Source: Octopus sinensis (Eukaryota). From it: 64,000 nt of DNA. Positions 24,643 through 36,602 of the stretch are shown piece by piece. The notes below the pieces were generated by a model. It was not told the DNA's origin. It was given only the letters and a program-made list of their open reading frames with translations, and did not search any database. Within the stretch, counting starts at the first letter, position 1, and every line of letters begins with the position of its first letter. Where the stretch lies: assembly GCF_006345805.1 (NCBI RefSeq), contig NC_042997.1, positions 193,936,001-194,000,000 on the forward strand. The letters run 5' to 3'. A program made the translations under genes and the position numbers.

Positions 24643-25530
24643 AAGGCGGGGAACTGGCAGAATCATTAACGTGTTGGACAAAATGGTTAGCTGCACATTT
24701 TCCAGCTCCTTATATTCTGAGTTCAAATTCTACCCAAGTTTGACTTTGCCTGTTGTCCTTTCAGTGTTGATAAAACAAGTACCAGTCATGTACTGGGAGG
24801 TCAATGTAATCAACTAACACTGCCCATCCCTACGAAAATTGCTGGCCTTATATCAAAAGTTGAAACTGTTGAAAGGCAACCAGCTGGTTGAATCAGAGTG
24901 TCAAATAAAATACTGAATGGTATTATTTCTGGCTCTATCTGTTCTGAGTTCAAATTCTGCTGAGGTTAACGTCCTCTCAGGGTCGATAAAATAATTACCT
25001 GTCAGTACTGGGGTCAATTTAATTGACTTACCTCTTTCCCTCAAAATTGCTGGCCTTGTGCCAAAATTTGATACAATTATTATTATTATTATTATTATTA
25101 AGGCAGTGAGCTGGCAGAATCGTTAGCATACCAGCTGAAATGCTTAGCATTGCTATATTCTGGGTTCAAATTTCGCCGAGGTTGACTTTGCCTTTCATCC
25201 ATTCAGGGTAAATAAATTTTAAGTACCAGTCAAATACTGGGGTTGATGGAATCTACCATCCCCCTCCCTCAAAAATTGTTGCCCTTGTGACAGAATTCGA
25301 AACCATTAAAAGGCGCGGTGAGCTGGCAGAATCGTTAGCGCTTGGACGAAATGCTGAGCAGAGTACTTTGCCCATCGCTATGTTCTTCTGAGTTCAAATT
25401 CTGCTGAGGTTGACTTTGCCCTTCATCTTTTCGGGGTCAATAAAATATAAGTACCAGTTGAACACTGGGGTTGATGTAATCGACTCATCCCCCTCCCCCA
25501 AAATGGCTGCCGTTGTGGCAAAATTTGAAA
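24643..25530 (+). mobile_element. Four head-to-tail SINE family 2 copies downstream of the SART3 stop
   Basis: Heads at ~24643, ~24875, ~25100 and ~25312; two are preceded by (TTA)n runs. Confidence 0.75.
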
Positions 25531-26200
25531 CCATTATTATTATTATTATATAATATTTGGCTGACACTGATAATATCTCTCTCTCTCTCTCTCCGTTGGT
25601 TGTTACTTTTTGTCCCATTAAAACTTTCTTCACATCACTCTTACTATTTACAACAATCTGTCGGCATTCTGTCTGTTTGGTAACCATATCAGTCCTGTTC
25701 AGTCAGTCGGTCAGTCAGTCAGTCACGCATCACAGATTATTTGAAGCCATAGTCACTGAGGTATTTTGATCACCTGAAAAACTTTAAACTACTAAACTCT
25801 TAATGACTTCACCTGTACCACTTTGTTGTTGTTGTTGTTGTTGTTTCTGTCATCTGTTGCAGTGGAAATATCAAACTAAAAAAAAAAAAAATGAAAAGAA
25901 AAAAAAAAAAAATCACATAAAAAAAATTTGTCAATTTCTTTTGTCTTCCTTAAAAAAACAATTCAGAATGTTTTTTTTTTTTTTCCTGATGATTATTATT
26001 TTATTTTATTTTTGTTTTTATGTGATCACACAATAAAGAGATTTGACTGGAAAAATTTTTTTTCTTTCATTTTTAAACTTTTTATTTTCTCTGTCTTTTA
26101 TCTTCTCAGCTACTCCAACCCACCCTTGTATAATATGGAGTAGCCATATATCTTCTCTGTAGCAAGACCCATGTGCCTGTTCCTCTATTATACTTTAGCC

Positions 26201-27243
26201 CAGTGGTCATCAACCATTTTTTACCCATGAAGCCCTTGGATCCCTATTTTACTCAGGTGGACCCTCATAGCCATTCGATGTTAAAAAAAATCCTATTCGT
26301 ATACTTGTAATTAAATATTAGATGTACATGCATAGCAAGTGACCTGATCTGAGATCATGTGCTGAAACAAAAACAATTGCAGCATATAAGGTGTTTATAA
26401 GCCATTTAAAAACACACAAAAACTGTTAGATTCACTTCAAGTGTTTATATGCCATTTAAAACACACAAAAACCGTTAGATTCACTTCAACATTTAAATTT
26501 AATATGTTAAATTATTTTCGTTGCTTTGAGACTGCGACCTGTTCACTGACAAAGGAATTTTTTCAGTGAAGAGGTCGCGGTCTCAAAGCGACGAAAATAT
26601 TTTGACAAATTAAATTTCAATGTTGAAAGGAGTGGCTGTGTGGTAAGTAGCTTGCTTACTAACCACATGGTACTGGGTTCAGTTCCACTGCATGGCACCT
26701 TGGGCAAGTGTCTTCTACTATAGCCTTGGGCTGACCAAAGCCTTGTGAGTGAATTTGGTAGACGGAAACTGAAAGAAGCCCGTCAAAATATATATATACG
26801 TTTGTGTACCTGTTTGTCCCCTCCAACATCGCTTGACAACCGATGGTGGTGTGTTTACATTCCCGTCACTTAGCGGTTCGGCAAGAGAGACCGATAGAAT
26901 AAGTACTAGGTTTCCAAAGAATAAGTCCTGGGGTCGATTTGCTCGACTAAAGGCGGTGCTCCAGCATGGCCGCAGTCAAATGACTGAAATAAAGAAAAGA
27001 AAGGAATTTTGTCAGCGAGCAGGTTGCGGTTTCAAAGCGACGAAAATATTTTGACAAATTGAAGTGAATCTAACGGTTTTTGTGATTTTTAAATGGCTTT
27101 CACACTAAAATTGTAAATATCAGGATTTGGGTAAAAAAAAAAAAACAACAACACATTTTGTGTACTGCGGAAATATAACCAATTCATTGCAGATAAATTG
27201 TAACAACAAAAAATCTAATATGGACCCTGGTTGAGAACTATTG
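26201..27243. mobile_element. hAT (Charlie-like) non-autonomous element with nested inserts
   Basis: TIRs CAGTGGTCATCAACC / GGTTGAGAACTATTG; perfect 8-bp TSD CTTTAGCC at 26193-26200 and 27244-27251. Confidence 0.8.
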
Positions 27244-28080
27244 CTTTAGCCTCTGAACACAAAACAAAACCACTTTCCTCCTCTCAAATATTCCACCACC
27301 ATTTGGTTTGAATTGGTAACAAGTTTAGGGTTGGGGGTAGGGCACAATGAAGGGTTTTTTTTTACTGTATTTTTGACTTTGAAACCAAATATATTTTTTA
27401 GAAATGTTCGCTGCTTTGGGACTGATAGAATAAGCGCTAGGCTTACAAAGAATAAGTCCTGGGGTCGATTTGTTCGACTAAAGGCGGTGCTCCAGCATGG
27501 CCGCAGTCAAATGACTGAAACAAGTAAAAGAGTAAAAGAATACCTTGCAAAAACTACATCAACTAAGCACATTACCTCTAAATGCATTAAAAACTTAATA
27601 TATTCAGAACATTATATATATGGCGGTGCCCCAGCATGGCCACAGCTCATGAGCTGAAACTGGAAAAAAAAAAAATTTCAAAATCATATAAAGCTGAAGT
27701 TGTCTGTGTATGGTAGGTTTGGTAGCCTTCAACTAACACTATCTTCTCCGAGACCCTGCGGCGCAAGTTGACCAAAATTGAGAGTATGATAGAAGAAGGC
27801 TTGCTCTTCATTCCGTAGAAGAAAAAAATTCAAATCGGACCATGTTAATACCAAAAATTATTTACATCAAAAATGTGCTTTTTTTTTTCTATGAAAATCC
27901 CTATTTTTTACGATTGTTTGACTGCTGTGTTGCCATTTTTCAGTGTATTTCAACCAGAAAAATATTCATTTAAAGAGAATAACAAGCTACATAATGCAAA
28001 ATTTTTACTTTTCAAAAATTCCAATTCTAAAGGGTCGAAACAAACTTAGGAACGAGAACCCAGGTTCAAAATTTCCCCAA

Positions 28081-28126
28081 GACACCTGACGAAGGCTGGA
28101 AGGTATATCAGCCGAAACGTTGTGTT
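28081..28126 (+). ncRNA. Minimal type I hammerhead ribozyme (PLE-type, palindromic stem III)
   Basis: GACAC-CUGACGA-A-GGCUG(loop 10)CAGCC-GAA-ACGU-U-GUGUU. Confidence 0.65.
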
Positions 28127-28371
28127 AACAAACAAGACGAGGACAAATGTCCGTCAAATATAAATAATGTACATAATTCCTCATATCTTAAATATAGAAC
28201 TGTATTACTAAAATATTATTCAAATATTTTATTATGAACCGTAATTATATTTGGTTCAAAGTTGAGGAAAAATTTATTGGAAAAAAAAAAGTATCTGTCA
28301 CTTTAAATGTTTCAAACTCTCTGAACTCCAACAACTATGCTGACTAATCTTTACTCCTAAATATAATGTGT

Positions 28372-28615
28372 GGGGGCGCATGGCTTAGTGGTTAGGGTGT
28401 CAGCATCACGATCGGAAGATTGTGGTTTCTATTCCTGGACCGGCGACGCGTTGTGTTCTTGAGCAAAATACTTCATTTCACGTTGCTCCTGTCCACTCAG
28501 CTGACAAAAATGAGTAACGCTGCGATGGACTGGCGTCCCGTCCAGCTGGGGGAACACATACGCCATAGAAACCGGGAAACCGGGCCCATGAGCCTGGCTA
28601 GGCTTTAAATGGGCG
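28372..28615 (+). mobile_element. tRNA-derived SINE with CORE-like and V-domain-like segments; relatives at 12027-12370 (+) and 30800-31020 (-)
   Basis: Head GGGGCGCATGGCTTAGTGGTTAGG; body GTGTTCTTGAGCAAAATACTT and CTGCGATGGACTGGCGTCCCGTCCAG. Domain names are from recalled consensus similarity, not a search. Confidence 0.7.
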
Positions 28616-29931
28616 CATTAATTTTATTTAAATATAATGTAGCAATACAAAATGACGATGTAATACTTGCAATGTAATGATTTCAAACGGTTAGAGATGC
28701 AATCCACAACAATGCAATACAACCGATTCACAAGGACATTGCCAACCATGGAAGCCAATAAATGCATAATTTCGACAGCTACGTGCCCAGAAACTAACTA
28801 GAAGAAAATATGGAAGCCCACACGTGCAACGTTTTCGACTTATCATGCACCCATTTTTGCATTTCAAGTGCTACTTTTTAGCTTACCAGGACCAGAAGAC
28901 TTTCTGACCAAGTTTGTCATTTTTGCTTCATTCATTTTGCTATGTTTGCATTGCACACGCATTGTTCGCCGGTTTTTATCACATGGTAAACGATCTCCTT
29001 TTGAAGGTCTGCAATTTATTTCTTCACATGCTCCTTTCCTCAGCGCCTGGCCTTGCGCACGCATTAGCACACATGGTTCATGAACACACACAAATGCTTA
29101 CTCTGTCACAGTCATGCACATCACACGCCTTTATTGCTTGTTTTTCCTGCTCCCTGCGTCCTTGTAGACACGACTACTCTCTGAAAGAACCTTGCGTTGG
29201 TCACGCATACATAGAGAAAGTTGTTTGTCCCTTAGAATGCGCCAGCAGGCCACACTTTTGCTCCTGCACCATCGAGGCATATCATACCTATTTCTTTATT
29301 ACTCACAAGGGGCTAAACACAGAGGGGACAAACAAGGACAGACATAGGTATTAAGTCGATTACATCGACCCCAGTGTGTAACTGGTACTTAATTTATCGA
29401 CCCCGAAAGGATGAAAGGCAAAGTCGACCTCGGCGGAATTTGAACTCACAACGTAACGCAGACGAAATACCGCTAAGCATTTCGCCCGGCGTGCTAACGT
29501 TTCTGCCATATCATACCTCATGCACCGGCTGGTATATTCAGTACTGCCTTAATCCCTGACACACTCAATACTGTACTCTGTACTTGTAATCAATGCACTA
29601 GCATTACTGCCTCAGCCTTGCAAGCTCTTTTCAACACATGGCACGCGCACCTCTTTTATGCATCTACTGCCTTGTTTTGTAACACGTCTGTGTCAGCTCA
29701 ATTCTTTTCCCGACTCAAAGCACGTCGGACGTTCACATGCTTTGCGCTCATGTTTAGACATAATTTCCCCCTGTTAGACCCCTGTTTGGTCACATAATTA
29801 ACAGAGAAAACTATCTGTCTCGCGCATCACTCCATATATATATATATATAATATATATATATAATATATAATATATATATATATAATATATATATTATAT
29901 ATATATATATATATATATTATATAATATATG

Positions 29932-29976
<45 letters not shown>

Positions 29977-30033
29977 ATATATATATATTATGTATATAAT
30001 ATATATATGTATATATATATATATATATATATA

Positions 30034-30133
30034 NNNNNNNNNNNNNNNNNNNNNNNNNNNNNNNNNNNNNNNNNNNNNNNNNNNNNNNNNNNNNNNNNNN
30101 NNNNNNNNNNNNNNNNNNNNNNNNNNNNNNNNN
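30034..30133. other. Assembly gap (100 N) next to a (TA)n array
   Basis: Run of N; preceded by ~200 bp of TA-rich microsatellite. Confidence 1.
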
Positions 30134-30520
30134 GTGGGGAGACGGGCGGAGAAGATGAGATCATGGACAGTGGAGAACACAGTCTGTTGGTAGCTGGGTG
30201 TGGAGTTGGAAGGCAGGGGGCAGAGGGCAGTAGACGGAGGTGTCTTGAAGTTGGCGGAGAGCTTCCGTCTTGTAGAGGTCCGCGCGTCATACCATCACGG
30301 CTCCACCCTTGTCGGTCGATTTGATGATGTTGTCCGTGCGGCGTCGGAGACATCGAAGGGCTGGGGAGATGTTCAGATATCGGGGACGCTTGGAAAAGTC
30401 AAACCGGTCCACAACACGTTGGCAAGAGCCCGCAAAAAGATCGACTACTTGGAACTGGCCAGGAGCTAGCGTCCACTGGGATGGTCGGCGGTCCAGGTCG
30501 GTGAAGCAGCCCTCCTCATT
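30134..30520 (-). mobile_element. Penelope-like element, N-terminal RT region fragment
   Basis: Translation IIKSTDKGGAVMV*RADLYKTEALRQLQDTSVY..LP..STPSYQQTVFSTVHDLI matches the PLE IxIKxADKGGAxVV..Y..EA.RQL.D...Y motif. Confidence 0.8.
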
Positions 30521-31289
30521 AGATACTGGTGGAGTACCATCTTACCCATCCTCCTTTCCACTTCCTTCTGCCTCACGCGTGCCACCATCCGTCCTAATTT
30601 CTCCAAAATGCACACCCTTCACTGCCTTCTCCCTCTTGCTGAGTTCACTGCCTTCTCCCTCTTGCTGAGTTCACTGCCTTCTCCCTCTTCTGAGTTCAAA
30701 TTCCGCTGAGGTCGACTTTGCCTTTCATCCTTTCGGATAATAAACTCTCCCGTTGTTAGACGACGTATGTGGGTTCGATATTTTCTCATCGAACAACCAC
30801 ACAGATGATTTGTTTATAGTGATCAAATATTTATGTAGACACAGGTTCACTCGCTCCATCAGATCGACATTTCTTGTACAGGTGCAACTGGGTGCCACAT
30901 GTCAGATGTCGAAACGATTGTAGAGCAACGTGAAATGAAGTGCTTTGCTCAAGAACACAACACAACGCCTGGTCTGGGAGTCGAACCCAAGATTTCGCAG
31001 TCGTGAGTGCAACACCTTAACATACGCATACACACACACACGCACATATATGTATATTATTTAATATACACAATACATGTTTTTATGTACTAGTAATAGT
31101 TTCCTACGTTGAGAAATACCTCAAAGATATTCATCAGACACGTTTTCTATTTGTTTCCTTCTCAACTTGTCACGTTTCTTCTCTCATTCAATTTTTAGCT
31201 TGTTATATGTGGTTCGCGTCAGATGAACACGTTTGAGGTATTTCTCAACATTTGAAACTATTAGTAGCACATAAATATATGTATTGTGT

Positions 31290-31673
31290 TTATTAAATAA
31301 TGTGTCCCTCACAGAAGATATGCTATTTTTTTTTGTTGAACACCGACATCGCATTTTAACAGACATATTTACCAAAATTGCATCGAAGTATTTTAAAATA
31401 CTAAAGGGTAAATTTATTCAGTAAAATCGCCATTGGCTTCAACCACAGCCTTCAGACGACGTCGGAATCTTCTGCAACTCTTCTGGACATTCTTCTTGTT
31501 TAAGTTGGTGAATGCTATCATAATCCTTGTTCAGCTGCGCCCCACACATAATAATCAAGGGGATTGCAGTCTGGGGAGTTAGGTGGCCAGATGTTAGGGG
31601 CGATGTGCTCGCAGAAATGGTCTGACAACTATGACTGGATTCTCCTGCTTGTGTGTCATGGTACAGCGCCCGT

Positions 31674-31675
<2 letters not shown>
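31290..31675 (-). mobile_element. Tc1/mariner (maT-like) transposase 3' fragment
   Basis: Frameshifted translation gives ..HIAPNIWPPNSPDCNPLDYYVWG..IMIAFTNLNKKNVQKSCRRFRRRLKAVVEANGDF. Confidence 0.75.
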
Positions 31676-31712
<37 letters not shown>

Positions 31713-33112
31713 TTAGACTATTTACAAAATTTAGCCGACCATTTGATATCTTCTTGGCGTAAGTGGATGACTGTAATGACGTCATTAATAATGCATAATT
31801 CCTGTTTCTTTGAAAACGCTAATAAATAACAGCGGTCCACATCTTCTCTGTCTATCCTGAATTCTGTTTGGAAAACCACAAAACTTAGCACTGGAGGAAA
31901 TTATATCAGGTGACAGGATATTCAGGATTGAATTTAGCGGGGGAGTGGATTGAGATAAACAACAACAAAAAAAGAAAAGAAAAGAAAAAACCCCAAACAA
32001 TATGCATACATACAGATATACAAACAACATCGCTCTTGAAGACAAAGAAATAACAATCTACAAATAAATAACCAATAGAATACAACAGAGTTTAGTTTAT
32101 TTTGCTGTAAAGTAGCAGAGGAAAACTTTACGCTCGAAAAACATTATTATTTACGTCAATGACTGAGATGTCTCTTCCTGTCTCTTTTACAATGGAATGT
32201 CAAATGGACAATCTCTCAGCGTTCCTTAATTTCTTTTTTTTACTACAACATATAAGTACATAGCATATATAGATGGAGATGCAATGGCCTAGTGGTTAGG
32301 ACAGCGGACTCGCCGCCGTGGGATCGCGGATTCGATTCCCAGACCGAGCGCTGTGAGTGTTGTTTATTGATCGAAAACATCTAAAGCTCCACGATGCTCT
32401 GGCAAGGTGTGGTGGCGAACCCTGTGGTACTCTTTCACTACAAATTTCTCTCACTCTTTCTTCCTGTTTCTGTTGTACCTGTATTGCAAAGGGCTAGCCT
32501 TGTCACACACTGTGTCACGCTGAATCTCCCTCGAGAACTACGTTAAGGGTACACGTGGCTGTGGAGCGCTCATCTACTTGCACGTTAATTTCACGAGCAT
32601 GCTGATCCGTTGATCGTATCAACAGGAACCCTCCTCGTATCAACTGGAACCGACGGAGTGCCAAGACATACTTACGTACATAGATACTTTCTCTTTCTCT
32701 TTTCTCTTTCTCTTTTACTTGTTTCAGTCATTTGACTGCGGCCATGCTGGAGCACCGCCTTTAGTCGAGCAAATCGACCCCGGGACTTATTCTTTGTAAG
32801 CCCAGTACTTATTCTATCGATCTCTTTTGCCGAACCGCTAAGTAACGGGGACGTAAACACACCAGCATCGGTCGTCAAGCAATGCTAGGGGGACAAACAC
32901 AGACACACAAACACACACACACACACACATATATGTATACATATATACGACAGGCTTCTTTCAGTTTCCGTCTACCAAATCCACTCACAAGGCATTGGTC
33001 GGCCCGAGGCTATAGTAGAAGACACTTACCCAAGATGCCACGCAGTGGGACTGAACCCAGAACCATGTGGTTGGTTAGCAAGCTACTTACCACACAGCCA
33101 CTCCTTGCTTTG

Positions 33113-33630
33113 CTTAAGGCAGTCCATCTTGACAGATGACGACGTCACCTTTGATCCTTAGGGGTTGTCTTGATGGCGTTGGCAGGCCTTCTCGTGGCTC
33201 AAAAGGCCGATTCTGGAGGTACATGTCCGATTACACTGAGAGCAGCGAAGAGGGCTCCAACGAAGATGAGCTCGTCTAGGATTTTGCTGATGTTCCTTGA
33301 GCTGTCTCCCCTTTTGTTCACGAAGTCTAGTCCGCCCATTCTCAAAATGCTGCGTACCAGTTTTGACCATACCCCTCCACGTAGTACGGTTTGTTGCCAG
33401 AGTTTCAAGTTCATCAGGGAAGATGTTGCAGAGCTTCAGGGATTTCTTGAGATAATCTTTATATCGCTTCTTGGGACTTCCATGCGGTCTGTTATTCTCT
33501 GCTAATTCTTCAAAACAGGCAATCTTGGGTATACGGTTTTCCAGTATCCTGATAACATGCCCCACCCAGCGCAGTTGACGTTCGAGAATCGTGCATTCGA
33601 TGATGCTGTTCAATGAAGTTGTCAAGAAGT
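33113..33630 (-). mobile_element. RTE/BovB-like LINE 3' end
   Basis: ORF 33158-33625: QLRWVGHVIRILENRIPKIACFEEL..RPHGSPKKRYKDYLKKSLK..NRTTWR..CSQCNRTCTSRIGLLSHEKAC; 3' UTR ending GATGGACTGCC. Confidence 0.85.
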
Positions 33631-33807
33631 CGAGAGAGCCATCTGCAGGCTTCCTGCGGCAAGCTGCCGGAACTCCAGTTTGTCGTAGTCCGCCTTTATA
33701 GCCAACTTGCGTGACATCGCCCTCATCCGCTTTCCCTAGGAAAAGATCCGACGTTGGGGACTTGCAATACCAGAGCCCCTTTAGCCACGTTTTCAGGATT
33801 CGTGCTC

Positions 33808-33853
<46 letters not shown>

Positions 33854-33854
33854 A

Positions 33855-33887
<33 letters not shown>

Positions 33888-33915
33888 AGTAAATATCTAT
33901 ATATATATATATCTA

Positions 33916-34012
<97 letters not shown>

Positions 34013-34061
34013 CTATATATATATTATATATATAAGTAAATATGTATATCTATATCTATAT

Positions 34062-34095
<34 letters not shown>

Positions 34096-34129
34096 TATAT
34101 GTGTATATATATGATGTATATATAATATA

Positions 34130-34181
<52 letters not shown>

Positions 34182-34190
34182 ATATATATG
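33808..34190. repeat. (TA)n/(ATCT)n compound microsatellite. Other large tracts: 29830-30033, 38631-38742, 45292-45443, 46209-46340, 57010-57257, 61228-61560, 61835-62070
   Basis: Seen directly. Confidence 0.95.
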
Positions 34191-34196
34191 TGTGTG

Positions 34197-34330
34197 AAAA
34201 AACAAGTCAAAAATAGAAAATGCTAAGATAATTTTATAGTGAATCTTTCAGTACCGGTTTCGGTCATTTTGAGACTGAAAGATTCACTATAAAATTATCT
34301 TAGCATTTTCTATTTTTGACTTGTTTTTCA
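34197..34330. repeat. Perfect ~56-bp inverted repeat with a 21-nt spacer
   Basis: Arm 34197-34252 is the exact reverse complement of 34274-34329. Confidence 0.95.
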
Positions 34331-34363
34331 TATATATCAACTCGTGTGTTCCTTTCCACCCTT

Positions 34364-34414
<51 letters not shown>

Positions 34415-34807
34415 GATATATATATATATATATATATATAATAATATATATATAAAATACTAATAAAAAATAAAAGTAAAAGATATGCATTAAAAAACAA
34501 AATAATATATATATATAGTAAGAGAGAGAGAGAGAGAGAGTAAAAATATACGTATACACATTAAAAAATGGTAAAATAAAAGGTATATACATATTTACAG
34601 ACATTTTGTTGAGTCCATCCGCCCTTTGACAGGTCTCATTTTTCATCCTGCAGGGTGTCCAACAACACTGTCCCTATCAAAGAAGCCTGGTGGGGTTGCC
34701 AGTTTAGTCGCCGACGACCCGACCACGCGACAGGTTGTACTGGATTACATGTTACCAGTAGCACTCAAGAGCGACCTGACACTAACATAGACACACACAC
34801 ACACACA

Positions 34808-34838
<31 letters not shown>

Positions 34839-35337
34839 CTTTATCTATCTATATATATTCTTTTTTATTCTTTTACTTGTTTCGGCTTATTCATTGTAAG
34901 ACTAGTACTTATTGTAGCGGTCTCTTTTGCCGAACCGCTAAATTTAGGGGACATAAACACACCAGCATCAGTTGTCAAGTGATGGTGGCGGGACAAATAC
35001 AGACACACGAATACACACACACACATATATGCATATGTACATATATACGACGGGCTTCTTTCAGTTTCCGTCAACTAAATCTACTAACAAGGCTTTGGTT
35101 GGCTCGAGGCTATAATAGTAGACACTAGCCCAAGGTGCTACGCAGTGGGACTGAACCCAGAACCATGAGGTTGGGAAGCAAGCTTCTTACCACACAGCCA
35201 TATATATATATGCACACAATATATATATACCTATAATACACACGCTCGCACATACACACACATGTATATATGTATATATATGTATGTATATATGTATGTA
35301 TATAAGTATGTATGTATGTAAATATATATATATATAG

Positions 35338-36305
35338 TGTTATGAGTAGGTCAATTCAGGGACAGTGCTTGCGACCGACTTTTTGTGAGCTGGCGTCAAG
35401 CAGGCGAGTAAATCCTTTGTCCCGTCAGATTCTGAAGAGAGTGATGAGTTTTGGGGAGACCTTTGGCCTTGTGCCGGTCAGGGAAAGTTCGAGGAAGCTA
35501 CCCTTTAAAAAGCGAACGAGCTGTGAGTTGAACAGTCGGCCGGCAGCTCTAGCTAGAGACGGGACTGATACGAGGGCGGTCAGTAGAGGAAGACAGACAG
35601 GGAATCTGAGGAGCTGACGAGCGAGAGAATGACAGTGAATGTGAAAGAGGAAGACAGACAGATAGTATTACGGAGCTGAGAGAGAGGGACTACGGTATGA
35701 GGGCACTGGCTATTGTGTAACGGTATATGCTTATTTATGTTTTGATATGTGAAAAAAGAAGGAAAAAGAATTGTTGAAATGTGTTGAAAAAAGAGAAAGA
35801 AGGAAAGAGGAAAAAGAAAGAACTGGTAAAGACATTGTGAAAAGGGTTGTTGAAAATAAAGAAAGAAGGAGAAAGACTTTAATGTATTGAACTGTATCGT
35901 TAATGTAGAATTGATTTGTCTCTGGACTATAATGTGAACGTTATTTGATTTGAACTGTTGTCTCTGAACTGTTATTGTACTTGCATGCTTTGATTTGTTG
36001 TTTTCTTGCTTTCTTGCATGTATTTTATTTGATGTTGTAATAATTGTATAAACTGTTGTTAAATGTAGCCAATTGCCTTCCGCCGTCTCTCTTTGTGTCT
36101 CCTGCTGTTGTTTGTTGTTGTTGTTCTCTCCGGTCGCCGGTTGCCGGGTTCGCTGCCGCCCTCCCCCACCGAATTCTCTCTCTCTCTCTCTGAGTCAGTG
36201 GCGAATTCACCGATCGATCGGGCCGGTAAATCGTCGTCGCTCGACTTGATAGGGTCCCGGGTTTTTCCGAAGAGATTGAGCGACGGCAGGTGGGATTTCG
36301 TAACA
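35338..36305 (+). mobile_element. Probable solo LTR (~970 bp) inserted in TA repeats
   Basis: Inverted termini TGTTATGA ... CGTAACA; non-coding interior; TSD obscured by TA-rich flanks. Confidence 0.65.
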
Positions 36306-36561
36306 ATATATATATAAATATATATATATATATGAACATAATATACACTCACACACTCTCATTCACACTCACACACGCTCACTCCACTCACACACTCTCG
36401 CTCTCACTCACACGCGTGCGCACACACAGAATTACACCAGCACTACACCATGCTTCGGAGGATCCAACTCAGTCTTAGCAAATGTATTGACGAAGTTAAC
36501 GCCGATTGATTAATGCAAACCAATGATCAAAGATTTTCAAACCGGTATCTGTCCTGTTTTT

Positions 36562-36602
<41 letters not shown>

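Noticed and set aside
24905-26037. SART3 polyadenylation signal (AATAAA at ~24905, ~25211, ~25440, 26032)
   Set aside because: Several candidates, most inside SINEs; cannot be chosen without cDNA.
28640-29830. 146-aa ORF 28914-29354 and surrounding GC-richer island
   Set aside because: The ORF ends in a SINE and has no recognisable motif. The island may be an LTR-like repeat, but termini could not be defined.
33690-33790. HDV-like ribozyme at the putative RTE 5' end
   Set aside because: A P4-like hairpin and GCGGAU are present, but only 11 nt separate the candidate P1 strands, too short for P2/P3/L3.
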